Origin: Lytechinus pictus
Lineage: Eukaryota
Length of the DNA: 64,000 nucleotides
Reading direction: 5' to 3'
Assembly: GCF_037042905.1 (NCBI RefSeq)
Contig: NC_087250.1
Location: 17,858,001-17,922,000 of the forward strand
The notes under the pieces were generated by a model that was not told the DNA's origin, did not search any database, and was given only the letters and a program-made list of their open reading frames with translations. Numbering within the stretch: the stretch's first letter is position 1; every line of letters begins with the position of its first letter. The translations under genes and the position numbers were made by a program. Positions 14,281 through 25,982 of the stretch are shown here, one piece after another.

Positions 14281-17200
14281 TCAAACTGCCCTGCTGAGAA
14301 AATCCGCGCCAACATTCTCCGAACCTGGTATAGCTTCAATATGGAACCTATAAGGTTGGAGAGATAAAGCCCACCTCATGATTCTACTATTAGTCGACTT
14401 AGACTGGTTAAGGTAGACGAGGGGTTTGTGATCTGTCTCCAATATAAACTCTCGTCCATCTAGGTATACCTGAAATTTACTAATTCCCCAAACGATTGCG
14501 AGACATTCGCGTTCAATGGCAGAGTACGCTTGCTCCCTGGGAAGTAACTTTCTGCTGGCATAAGCAACAGGGCGTTTTCCTTCTTCTTTTTCTTGAAAGA
14601 GAACTGCTCCGATACCTGTTGACGAGGCATCAGTGCGAATGATGAAGGGCTTAGCGACATCAGCTAAGCAAAGAACTGGAGCTGTAGACAAACAGTCTTT
14701 CAACTGCTGAAAAGCCTTCTTGTCTGATTCACTCCAAACAAGCTTGTTGGGCTGACGACCTTTGGTCTTGTCTGTCAGAGGAGCTGCAATTGATGCAAAA
14801 TCAGGGATAAACTTGCGGTAGTAGTTTATCATCCCGATGAACGATCTCATCTGCTTCTTTGTCTCTGGCGGTGGAGCGTTGCGAATCTTTTCCACCTTGT
14901 CTTGCATCGGTAGAAGCTTGTCCTCTCCCACGATGTGGCCTAGATATTCAATCTGGTTACATCCTATTTGACACTTACTTGGCCGTGCCGTCAAACCAGC
15001 TGAACGAAGTCTGTTGAAGACTTCTCCAAGAACATGGAGATGTTCCTCCCATGTACGAGTATGGATGAGTATGTCATCCAAGTAGTTATGAACGCAAGGC
15101 ATACCTTTGAGCAGTGATCTCATTACCCGACTGAAAGTTGCCGGCGCATTAACAAGACCGAAAGGCATCCTGCAAAACTGGTACAGTCCACTTGGACTAC
15201 GGAATGCAGTCTTCTCTTTAGCATCCTCGGATAAGGGAATCTGCCAGTACCCTTTAGATAGATCTACTTTTGAGAAGTACTTACATCCTGATAGACTTGC
15301 GAAAATCTCATCACTGTTGGGAATGGGTTCTGCGTCGAACACTGTCACTCGATTCAATCGACGAAAATCTACGCAGAAACGGTTTGTCCCATCAGCTTTT
15401 CCAACTAACACAATTGGCGATGAATAAGGAGACTCAGACTGCTCAATCACTCCCATCTCGAGCATCTTCTTGACTTCTTCCTCAATTGTGTTCTTGCGAG
15501 CATGTGCAGTGGGGTATGGTCTCTGACGTACTGGCTCATCTGTAGTCAGCTTGATTGAATGAGTGCCCAACTTACACTCTCCTGGAAGATCAGTAAGGAC
15601 TTTCCTGTAATCAAGTAACAAAGACTTTACCTCACGCTTCTGCTCCTTAGATAAGTTCTTGCACACTGAAACATCTTCTGTCGTCTCAGTTGCTTCAAGT
15701 GGAGGGAGATGAATACTGATGGACTTGAGCTTCCCTGACATCGGACTAGCTTCACTGTCATCATCCTCGGTCACGACAACAGCTTGAGCGCTAACCGCTG
15801 GATCTTCATCACCCGTCAAAGACTCTTCTCTGTCTTCTTCTCTGCTGATATAACGTTTCAACAAATTAGCATGGAAAGTCTTAAGTTTTCCATTAATGTC
15901 TAACCTATAATCCTGATCACTGAGCTTGTGCACAACAGTGAATGGACCTTTCCACTGTACTAACAATTTGTTGTGTTCAGTAGGTAACAACAACAAAACT
16001 TGATCTCCTACCTGAAATCTTCTCTCCCTACTCTTCGAGTTGTAGTACTTTGAACTTCTTTCCATCGACTTCCTCAGCTCTTGCTGTGCAACCTCTAGCG
16101 TCGATTCCAGTCGTTCCTTCAGCTCGACTACATACTGGTAGGTTGATTTCAACTCCTCATTCTGCTGCTTACCCGTCCAAAGTTCCTTGAGAATCATTAA
16201 GGGTCCTCTTACAGTGCGTCCGTACAGGAGTTCGAAAGGTGAGAAACCCATAGAAGCCTGAGGAGCCTCCCTGTAAGCAAACAAAATAGGTGCGAGATAC
16301 CGATCCCAATCAGAGGGACGGTCTGAACAAGTTCTTCGTAAAATCTTCTTCAACGTGCCGTTGAATCGTTCAACGAGCCCATTGCAGGCAGGGTGATATG
16401 GGGTCGTCATCATTTGCTTTATTGAAAGCAACTTCCCAATATCCTTCATAAGATCAGAGGTGAACTGAGTGCCCTGATCTGACAAAATCTCCTGTGGTAC
16501 ACCGACTCTGGAGAAAATCTGAACAAGTGCCTCTGCAACAGTAGTTGTCTCTATGTTGGGCAAGGCTACCGCCTCTGGGTACCTAGTAGCACAATCAACC
16601 ACTGTAAGAATATACCTATTCTTCCTGGAAGTGATAGGTTGAATCGGTCCTATCAAATCAACAGCTATTCTCTTGAATGGAACATCGATAATTGGCATCT
16701 TGCCAAGAGGAACTCGTGGGACCCTTCCCTTGCTAATAGTTCTCTGACAGATATCACACGACTGGCAGAATCTACTCACATCTGCTTGTAATCCTGGCCA
16801 AAAGAAACTCAACATTATCTTATCTGAAGTCTTTTTGACACCCTGATGTCCACCCATAATACCTTCATGTGCCAGTTTCATAACAACCTTCCGATAGGGC
16901 TTAGGCACAACAAGTTGCACAACCTGGTTTCCATTCACAACACTACTTGGTTGGAAAACTCTATGCAGCAAACCATCCTGAAAGAAAAAATAATTTCTCT
17001 TACCTTCTTTGCTACCATCCTCGGTCTCAGCAAGTTCTCTTGCCTTCTTAAGTGTAGGATCTGCTAACTGTGCTTCCTGTATATCCTGTGGAGAAACTTC
17101 TGGAATGGGAGACATTACCTTCAAAGGAGCTTGCTTTCTCTCAGCAGCTTTAACCTGTGACCTCGTCTCAACAGCCATCCCCACCTCAGACAAAGCATTA

Positions 17201-18741
17201 TCTGTGACAACATTACCTGATGTCGGCATTCCCCAATTTGGATTCGGCGCATCTGGAGGAAGAACATTCTGGATATTTCCTACAATAACATCAAACAGTG
17301 GTGCTCGTACACAAAGCGCCACAACGGTTCCTACAAAAAACGGACAATCAATATGTATCGTAGCCGTAGGATACCAACGTACCGTACCATCAATGAGAAT
17401 ACACAGCTTGTATTTCCCAGTCATCTGATCCTTCTTGACTAGTTTCTTCCGAATCACAACACAAGTACACCCTGTGTCTCTAAGAACAGAAACTGTCTGA
17501 GAATTCACAATACCATCAGTAACAGGCATTAGTTCGCGTAACTTACCTTTACAAGTCGCACACATCTCAGATATTTTCTTCTTCTGTTTCTTCCTCTGTT
17601 TCCTCGTAGGTCTTGTCTGGTCCATACCTGAGGCAGACATCATGACAAACAGCCCACTCTCAAGCTGGGATGTATCACTGCCATCACCTAAATCTTTAGA
17701 AGAAGAACACGTAGGACATGGATCATGAAATTTAGTCTTACCTGAAGACTTCCTATGTTTATTGGTTTTGGACCCAATATCTACAAAACTTCCACCCTTC
17801 TCAGGTATTGATTTAGAACTTGACTTACAATTTCTTGCAAGGTGACCCATTTGATCACACAGATAGCAAGGACCAATTTGCTTTCGGCCCTTAGGCTTTT
17901 CCCTATGAAAACCATCACTCTTTGTTTCAGACTTATGAGGTGTCATTACTTTGGTTTCCTTTCTTGGACCCTTGAAATGACCACCATGTGCTGAAATATA
18001 AATCTGAGCAGTTTCAGTCATTTCCCTTGTCGACTGAGGAGTACGCTCTCTCAGGTAAATAGCTAATCCTGGATTTATCTGCTCTAAGAACTGCTGTCTA
18101 ATTATCAAATCTTTCAACCCTTCAAATGATTTGGCTGTATCTGTCAGATCTACCCATCTTTCGAAGTAATGTTCTAACCTCGCCATAAACTGACCAGCAG
18201 ACTCTCCTGTCTCTGGAGTTGCTCTGTAGAACTTCTTCCGGAAGTCATCTGCAGACATCTGGTATCTACGAAGGAGGGCGCCCTTGAGAGTTGAATACTT
18301 AGCAGCTTCATCTGGTGCCAACCTACTGTAGACTTCTAGAGCCTTCCCCTGTAGAAGTGCACCTAAATTAATGGCCCAACAATCACTTTGCCATTTCTGA
18401 CTATTTGCGTACCTTTCAAAACGCTCTAGGTATGCATCTATGTTATCCCTACTTTCGTCAAAGTGAGGTAACTTTGGGACTTTTGTCAAACTATGGGTTC
18501 GCATACTGTTATTTCCTAACTGGGATTCATTACCCTTATTAGCCTGCACTAAGGCCAACTGTTTATCTAATATATTTTCCTCTAACTGCTTTAACTCAAT
18601 TTCCTGTCTCCTATCTTCCCTTACAGTTGCTCTCTCTTCTCTTGCTTGTTGTTCTCTATCCTTAATGAAATCCAACAAGTCTTTACCCACTAATCCTAAC
18701 TCCTTACCTAAGTTAATCAATTTTTCATCAATAGAATCCAT
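14281..18741 (-). CDS. gag-pol: Gag-Pol polyprotein, 1486 aa: Gag with CCHC knuckle, protease, integrase, RT, RNase H
   Basis: CYLCDQMGHLARNC; LRDTG; HHCC plus AVDLIGP/SDQG/GLVERFN and WKGPF; NYLDDIL; RTDAS...IERECLA...TDH, in that order. Confidence 0.96.
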   Translation of the reverse strand: MDSIDEKLINLGKELGLVGKDLLDFIKDREQQAREERATVREDRRQEIELKQLEENILDKQLALVQANKGNESQLGNNSMRTHSLTKVPKLPHFDESRDNIDAYLERFERYANSQKWQSDCWAINLGALLQGKALEVYSRLAPDEAAKYSTLKGALLRRYQMSADDFRKKFYRATPETGESAGQFMARLEHYFERWVDLTDTAKSFEGLKDLIIRQQFLEQINPGLAIYLRERTPQSTREMTETAQIYISAHGGHFKGPRKETKVMTPHKSETKSDGFHREKPKGRKQIGPCYLCDQMGHLARNCKSSSKSIPEKGGSFVDIGSKTNKHRKSSGKTKFHDPCPTCSSSKDLGDGSDTSQLESGLFVMMSASGMDQTRPTRKQRKKQKKKISEMCATCKGKLRELMPVTDGIVNSQTVSVLRDTGCTCVVIRKKLVKKDQMTGKYKLCILIDGTVRWYPTATIHIDCPFFVGTVVALCVRAPLFDVIVGNIQNVLPPDAPNPNWGMPTSGNVVTDNALSEVGMAVETRSQVKAAERKQAPLKVMSPIPEVSPQDIQEAQLADPTLKKARELAETEDGSKEGKRNYFFFQDGLLHRVFQPSSVVNGNQVVQLVVPKPYRKVVMKLAHEGIMGGHQGVKKTSDKIMLSFFWPGLQADVSRFCQSCDICQRTISKGRVPRVPLGKMPIIDVPFKRIAVDLIGPIQPITSRKNRYILTVVDCATRYPEAVALPNIETTTVAEALVQIFSRVGVPQEILSDQGTQFTSDLMKDIGKLLSIKQMMTTPYHPACNGLVERFNGTLKKILRRTCSDRPSDWDRYLAPILFAYREAPQASMGFSPFELLYGRTVRGPLMILKELWTGKQQNEELKSTYQYVVELKERLESTLEVAQQELRKSMERSSKYYNSKSRERRFQVGDQVLLLLPTEHNKLLVQWKGPFTVVHKLSDQDYRLDINGKLKTFHANLLKRYISREEDREESLTGDEDPAVSAQAVVVTEDDDSEASPMSGKLKSISIHLPPLEATETTEDVSVCKNLSKEQKREVKSLLLDYRKVLTDLPGECKLGTHSIKLTTDEPVRQRPYPTAHARKNTIEEEVKKMLEMGVIEQSESPYSSPIVLVGKADGTNRFCVDFRRLNRVTVFDAEPIPNSDEIFASLSGCKYFSKVDLSKGYWQIPLSEDAKEKTAFRSPSGLYQFCRMPFGLVNAPATFSRVMRSLLKGMPCVHNYLDDILIHTRTWEEHLHVLGEVFNRLRSAGLTARPSKCQIGCNQIEYLGHIVGEDKLLPMQDKVEKIRNAPPPETKKQMRSFIGMINYYRKFIPDFASIAAPLTDKTKGRQPNKLVWSESDKKAFQQLKDCLSTAPVLCLADVAKPFIIRTDASSTGIGAVLFQEKEEGKRPVAYASRKLLPREQAYSAIERECLAIVWGISKFQVYLDGREFILETDHKPLVYLNQSKSTNSRIMRWALSLQPYRFHIEAIPGSENVGADFLSRAV

Positions 18742-19193
18742 TATGAAAACTCAACCAGGCAGGACTATTGTATCAAAAGGTTAAAATTCTATCTGAGAAA
18801 ATAACTTCTTCCAAACACGCGCGCAAAGTTACGCAAAATGATTACTTACCAAAGAATCAAGAACACTTTAACCGACTTGGAAGACTTGCATCCGATTTCC
18901 GTTCTAATCACCAAATCACAACTATTCCTATTATTGAAGAGAATACAAAACATTCAAAGAGAAGTAGCATTAACGATCAAAACGGTAAATAATATTCACA
19001 TGAAATTACATTCTATGGAGTATCCTGCTTTGACTTGATAATATCTAATATATCCCATTATACAAAGCAAAAATAATGTCCAAGAACAATCTATGAATAT
19101 TCTTAGGTAGAAAAATTCCAAATTTGTACTTCACAAAATGAGAATATCTATTTCACTTTTGGTAATAAAGAAGTATAAGAGGAAACCTAATTC

Positions 19194-19232
19194 TGCGAGA
19201 GGTCCCGGGTTCGACTCCCGGACAAGCCCCCA
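19194..19232 (-). promoter_or_regulatory. Primer-binding site complementary to tRNA-Pro, extended to 39 nt
   Basis: Plus strand TGCGAGAGGTCCCGGGTTCGACTCCCGGACAAGCCCCCA equals the 3' half of a tRNA-Pro including CCA, 4 nt from the LTR. Confidence 0.9.
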
Positions 19233-19236
19233 AAAA

Positions 19237-20182
19237 TGTCACACCTGAATAAATTCAAATGGACATAACTTGTGTCGAATGGTGACTCTCTCAACTCACT
19301 ACTGTAAAACTAAATAAATGACCATGGAAGACAATTATTATTTAGTTCAACAAATAAAATATGTTTAGTTTTATTACTCGTTTTCCGGCTTCAACTTCCA
19401 ACATTTAAATTCAATCTTCTGGTTTTGGTGGACCAGAATAAACAGAAGATAAACAATAATAACAAAAATATATTCAACTCGAAGGAAGTTACACAATAGT
19501 ATATATATGGTTACAAAACAATGCTTTAAGTCTCTGGAGGGTATAAATAAAATAACCCACTTTAATCAACTGTTGCTTCCTGCTAAAAATTCATGAGGAG
19601 TAACGAATGAGTAAAACGAGCGATGATAAACGACCATCATCAGATCTTGTCAGCGAGGGTGCTGTCCGTTCTTGGTGGGTGCCCTCTAATAAACCTTTAC
19701 TCCTACTCTTGACTGGTCTGGTCAATGGCTGAAAATGAGCTGCCAGACTTCTTTACTTCTGAAGAACCACTGGGTGAACTCCCAGGTAGATGAAGAAGAA
19801 CCCATAGTTTGACTGGGATGACTAAATGCAGGAAATCAGGAACAGGCCTCCATGTTGGTTTAGTGAATCTTGACTCTGGAATATAGTTTTATTGCAGCGC
19901 AAGTGTTTGGCTTAAAACTCTAACTCTCCATTTCCAATCACCCAACTGGACCCAAGGACCAATAGGTCCTGCCTGTGTGAAAGCTGTGCAGATAGTGAGG
20001 TACTCCTGCTAAAACAGGCAACCCACCCAGTTCAAAAATGCTGAGTATGTTAATTACAATTAAGTGCGATGGAGCCTAACCACTGAGCCTAACTACTCAC
20101 TATTCACTCCAGAGCACTATTGTGCATTACATAATACAAAGGATTAAGAATACACTTGAGGGGGAAGGTTGAATCTCTAACA
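19237..20182 (-). repeat. 5' LTR of the Gmr1-type element
   Basis: Same length as 13217-14162; no differences seen by eye. Confidence 0.96.
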
Positions 20183-21639
20183 CATGCGCGCGCGTGTTTC
20201 ATATTTAGACCCAGAATATAAACATTCTAAATACATATTTTTATTTTGAAAATCGCGAGCTTAAACTATTTGATATTCCGATCTAAAAAAGAGTCAATTT
20301 CTTCTCTATATTTCAAGCACTTTGTAGGAAATTGTGTGGATATGGATCGCACTTAATAAAGAGCTGATATTGTTCATTATTATTACTTTGAGTTTTGACA
20401 TAGGACCGGCACATCCTTAGGATATGTCAGCATATAAAAAGGAAGACTGCCTTCCTATTCCTCTTGCTAAGCGCGAGATGAAACAAAAGGGACAATTCAA
20501 TTATTAGATTAATATTTTATTCATTAATGCCTAATGAGGGCACGAAATCTAATGATATGATGGCCTGAAAACTGGACATTTCAAGCACTTTTGTAATTAT
20601 AACTAAGATGCATAAGTTAATATATTATCAACCATTAATGCGAGCGGAAATTGCGAGCCTAATCTTTTGCATACACTGTCATGAAAAGGGAATTTTAAGT
20701 AGTTTGTTTTATAATCCATATTGAGACATACATAACTCGCCAATCAAAATGCGACGAGCGTGCAGCGCTAGCTGATGCGATTTGACAATAAGACCTGAAA
20801 AGGGATATTTTGAAAACTTTATGGAACACACGAAAATAATAGGTACCTGATAAATCAAAATTTGCGAGCATGCAGCGCGAGCAGAAAATGCTAATATTCA
20901 GACCATAAAACTGACATTTTTACAAAGCACTTTTTTAAAATCAATTTGTAGATCACACAAAATAATGAAAGCTCGATTTCCGAGAGGAAATATGTTTTGT
21001 ATATTGACTTCCAAACTTGATATATAAACTCCATAATGAACAAGATATGTAAATCACCTAAAATGCAATGCGAGCGCGAAGCGCGCGCGAAAATGTTAGA
21101 TAGTGACATGAAAGATTTTTAAAATTATTTTCAAGTCTTTCCCTCATCTTACTTATTCACTCGTCTTCTTTCTCTTATGTTTCCCCTTCTTTTTCTCCTC
21201 TCTCTCCTCTTCTTTTTCTTCCTTTCCCCTTTTTTCCCAATCGGGGGGGGGGGGGGGGGGGGGCTGGATCCGCCTCTGCATGTGCCTGTTGTATGAAACC
21301 GGTTAAGAACAATCAGAAGGGATTGAAGGGTACAAAACCTAACCAATTGCTACCACACCCCCACGCATTCCATTCTTTCTTTCTTCCACGGACGCAACAA
21401 AGAAATAAAGATACCGTTACAAAACGAAATCAAGCGTTTAATTGATTTTATTTGTTATTTTCTTCCACACGATGGGCATTTTTTTTTCGAGAGTTCGAGA
21501 TTAAGGGGGTGAAACAGCGTTTTTCCATTTCTCCTCGATATTTCAAAAGTCCCTCGTTGGTCTATTCGCTCTGCTCGGTCCACTCCATCTCTTCTTCATC
21601 TTGATACTGGAACAGGCACTCAAATTTGGGTCCGTGCTT

Positions 21640-22024
21640 GGCCAAGACTCTCTGACTTCACGGGTTTTCGAACGGTATGCGATCCACTACTTGGCGTCTT
21701 CTTCATCAATACCTGGGCTATGTATTATTGTAATTTGTCGTTTCTCATCTCGGTGGCTGCCATGGCTCGATCGAGCCAACCTTGATAAACTCGATTGTCT
21801 TGGGGTTCTTGCGTCTCTGAAAATACTTCGGGGTCGTATGTCTCTGAAGATTCGCTTTCACCGGTTTGTTCGTCGGAAGATGGTGATGGAGATCCGTCAT
21901 CGCTGGAGTCTTCTTCCTCCTCCTCATCCAATTTAGCGGGGTGAGCGTGTTGTTGGTCCCTCTTCATGTCGAACTTGCGACCATACGTTCTATCGCACAG
22001 TGAACAACCGTAGCGATCTGACAT
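21640..22024 (-). pseudogene. Degenerate intronless C2H2 zinc finger plus acidic tract ORF, possibly Polinton/Maverick-derived
   Basis: CSLCDRTYGRKFDMKRDQQHAH (first His replaced by Asp); reading appears to continue after a frameshift; GC-richer than flanks. Confidence 0.4.
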
Positions 22025-24366
22025 GACGTCGATGATTTTAAAACAAACCGCGTGTTCCTCTTATAGGCCTACGCCGCAGTTGCCGACGCAGAACGTTGCA
22101 ACTCAGTGCCGTAATAAGCGCCGCAGTTCCGTAGTAAACGCCGTCCCCGCGATTCAACGCCGCTGTTCACGCCATTACAAACGTCGCAATCCAGTAGTAA
22201 GCGTCGCAACTCGACGCCGTAATATTACGAGAGATCGCCGCACTTTACGGTACACCACGCAACGTAAAATTCAGAGATCAAAGTACAATGGTGATTTCGG
22301 ATCACATCCCCGGTGAATCGTTCACAAGCAAAAGGTCGCAAGGGTCAACCGATGAACACAAAGATCTGTCAGGTGAGAAATTATTTTGGTAGAAGCCCGA
22401 AATCAACGATCCCTTTGACCTCTGTATCCATCCCTGACAATACTTCATAATCAAAATACATTAACAAATTTCCTCGGACAATTTAATTCTTATAGGTTTT
22501 CCAACGCGATACGGAATATATGATTAAACGTGCAATTTCATCCCTCTCATTCCTATATAATAGCTTCTGCTTGTTTATGTGTGTGTTGCTGTCGTTGTTT
22601 CATTAAAAAATTATTTCATACAGGCCACTCCTTAGAAGAACAAATTACTTCAAAAGATCATTGAAAAGCGACATGGTTCATAATTCCCTTCCTCTTGTCA
22701 TCATCCCCTAGTATTAACATTTTCAAATCTAAGATTGATGATCTGTAGTACATGGACTCCGGTACCCCCTCCCCTTTTCCTGTTAAGATTTGCACCCCTT
22801 CATTTGTTTTTGTTTTTTCTATTTGCTGTTTGTTTTCTATATATGTTTTCTGTTTATACTTGTATTTTCAATCATTTATTTTCGTCACGGTTATCATTTA
22901 TCTTCTGTACATCTGTTATTTTAAGCTGGTTTTATACATAATTATGTCTAACTTGTATGTTAATGTTAAATGTTCTGGACTCCACGGAAGACCAGCGTGA
23001 CTGCATGGCAAATCTCACACTGGATGTAGGCTATCCATCGTATTTTATTGTATATAAAATTATGCTTTTAACAAGGAAACAAATACTACTACTAATGGCG
23101 TTTACCAGCAAAAATCTGTCCTTCCGAATTCCTACGGGAGTTATCATAAACAGAAACAGAAGCCTTCATGTACTGACTGGAAACTTTCAAATGCCTCATA
23201 TTTTTTTTTCTAAATTAGAGGTTCGAGCCTTGGTCACATCTTTCGGATGGTGCCGTTAAAGGTCGGTCCCAGCAGTGCATAATCATATCTAATAGATACA
23301 CTCTGAAAATACTCAAACAAACAAACAAATACACCCTCACTCTCTCACACACCATGGACCTAGTAGTAGGTCCATGCACATACTAATTCAATACTTCAAC
23401 AGGCTTGTATAGCAGTTTAAGGGGCATGTGATCCATGAACAGACCAAAGCTCAACCACATTGGATCCCTAAATTAATTAATTAAATTAATATTCGAGTAG
23501 AGTCTTGAAATAATAATTATCCCGGCTCATTTTGTCACCAAATTTTCAGGATTAACAATAGAAAAATGAGAAATTTCGGGGAGGGGGGGGGGGGACAACA
23601 CATGGACGATACGGACTACTCCCCTCACAATGCGTTCGAATTGGATAGCTGTCCGTGTAGGAGAAATTCTAAAAGAGCTCCAAAAATGTTTAAGAACTCA
23701 TCCAGACAGACGCATTTTAGCTTCCTGATATCATGGCCTTAGGCTGCTATCACCCCAGTGCACCAACTATACACATAATGTTAAAAAGAGGGATAAACAT
23801 GTCAAAGTTCATTGACAACCATGATTTATGCCATACCGTTTTCTTTTCATTTCTCGGCATGACGCATGACACAAAATACAACAACATTCAAGTGAACAAT
23901 AAGTTTCTGCATGTACTATTCACTCAACCATCAATGGCACCCCCCCCCCTTTCTTCTCCATCTATGAAACTTAGATACGAAACTACACATATCACATTAT
24001 GTATGTTCGTACAATGAAATTCATATTTATGATGGACTTCTTTTTTGTGTTGTGCAACGTGATAGAGTTTGCACAAAGTTTGATAAATTGTTGTACATGT
24101 AGAATATTGAGATCCACGCCTAAGCATTTTTTTTTCATATGCAGAAGAACCGTTTACTCTTCTATTAATCCCTGATTTGATGTCATCTTAATGATCAAAT
24201 AATCCATATAGCGCTTATTCCAAAATGTTTCTCAGCGTTTTACTTTGCAATTATTATTACCCCATCAGATCCAGGTATTTTACATTTCATCTATTGATTT
24301 CCCTTTCACGGTTTATGTAATAAACTGAACCTAACAAACTAAAATATATTACAAAGTCAAAAAGGG

Positions 24367-24405
24367 GCCTAAGCTTTCGATCCTAGCAGAATCTTCGTCG
24401 GAGGC
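24367..24405 (-). ncRNA. Minimal hammerhead-like motif with variant core
   Basis: GCCT-CCGACGA-A-GATTCT gct AGGATC-GAAA-GCTT-AGGC; CCGA in place of CUGA. Confidence 0.55.
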
Positions 24406-25982
24406 AAAATGACAAACATATAAAGTGGAACAACCATAATATAGACCACAAACAAGCTACAGCAACACTAGAAACAAGGAGACAAAAGGGGCATTAGTGA
24501 GTAGAGAAGACCAATCAGGTTAGTGAAGGGGATGAAAGAAAAGGAGTAGGCAGACACAAAGGGAAGTTAGTGTAAGTAAGGCCGGTAAAAGACCTCAAGC
24601 CAAGAGGGATTAAGATAATGAGGCAGGCAACATCAAACAGGATCTGGAACAAAACAGTGATAATGGGATGAATAACAAGATAATTAGTGAGAGGTGGGTC
24701 AAACAGGTTACAAAGAAAGGCATAATAAACTGGTGCATAAGAGTGAGGGAAAAAAAGGGAAAAGAATGGGGAACAACTGATAATGTGCAAAAGACATATA
24801 AGTATGTATGATAAAGCATTAAACAAACTAAGAGAAGAAGGTAAGTGTAAATATGTATCTATAAGTGATATGTATATTAATATATCCAAAAAAGAAATGT
24901 ATATGAAAAAATATAAATACGCATATGGTGTAACTGATATTGTAATCAGCTAGGTGTGTGAAGGGAAAAAACATAAGACTGTATAGTAGGAAAAACAAAT
25001 GAAAATGAAATTGCAACTGCAAGCAAAAACTAACGTTAACGTTATCTTAATATACCGTAGACAGGAATAACCGTCTTTTCTGGGGATTTATTCAACAATT
25101 TCTGACATTTTACTGTAATGTATTGGTAAGTGGAGCCAACGTAGTTCAGCGGAACAACCAAAATACAGAGACTGAAGCTTTTGGTCTAATTATACCGGTA
25201 CTTAGACTTAGTCTTAGTCTTAAGTTCATGAGTTGAAATTGGTTCATTGACAACAAACCACAAACTACGAACCTTCACAAACTGTATTTGGGGCAATGTT
25301 GAGGAGACCAAGAACAAACAGAAGATGTTTTCAAGAAGCGTCATGTCACTTGTCGATCAGGACATCGTCGTAACCCAAACCGTGCCGTGGCGTGGCGGGG
25401 CTTCGGCCCGGCTGCTCGAAGTTGCGTGACCGGTACTGTACGGAGAACCCAGGCTCGGTTGCTACGGAAGCTGTCGCCTGTTGTTTAGGGCCGTAGCCGC
25501 AGGCCTCGTCGTAGCCATAGGCGGAGTCTCGCTCGATCTTTTCCGAACGTCTATTAAGTGGATACTAACGTTACTTTCTGCTATAAATACCTTATTTCAT
25601 GTTGAGGCAAAACGAATATTTACAAGGCCTTGGAACCGTCGAAAATAATTATTTATGTCGGGTGATCTTGACGATACGGCGCAGATCGCGTGCTCCCGAT
25701 CGATCTTAATATATTACAAGATAGAACATAACTTTTTAATATACTTAGTCTAAGAAACTACAAGACAAGCAATGATTCATTAAACTTACCCCCCCCCTCC
25801 CCTTCTTACATTTGCACATCCGTATGCGAAGGGATATAATTGAAACTAACAAGTTATTTTACAGATATGACCATGAGGTAGTGCCAGATATGGGTCAGAT
25901 GCATGGGCCCACCAGAGGCAGTACAAAAGATGTATATCCCCAGATTAGTCATTGAGAAACATAACATAACATATAATTCAAA

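Larger units (their letters stand above)
13217..20182 (-). mobile_element. Full-length Ty3/Gypsy LTR retrotransposon, Gmr1-type (PR-IN-RT-RH order)
   Basis: Two 946-bp TG..CA LTRs, 5-bp TSD CATGC (13212-13216, 20183-20187), tRNA-Pro PBS, PPT, one intact ORF. Confidence 0.96.
11494..21278. mobile_element. Non-autonomous DNA transposon (about 1.8 kb of own sequence) hosting two nested LTR insertions
   Basis: TIRs CAGGGGCGGATCCAGC / GCTGGATCCGCCTCTG, 5-bp TSD CATGT on both sides, internal GCGAGCGCGAAGCGCG subrepeats on both sides of the inserts. Confidence 0.85.

Noticed and set aside
15107..17428. Plus-strand ORFs inside the Gmr1 element
   Set aside because: Antisense shadows of the gag-pol frame
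25330..25700. CpG-rich patch, possible promoter or element 5' end
   Set aside because: No ORF, TIR or TSD could be tied to it
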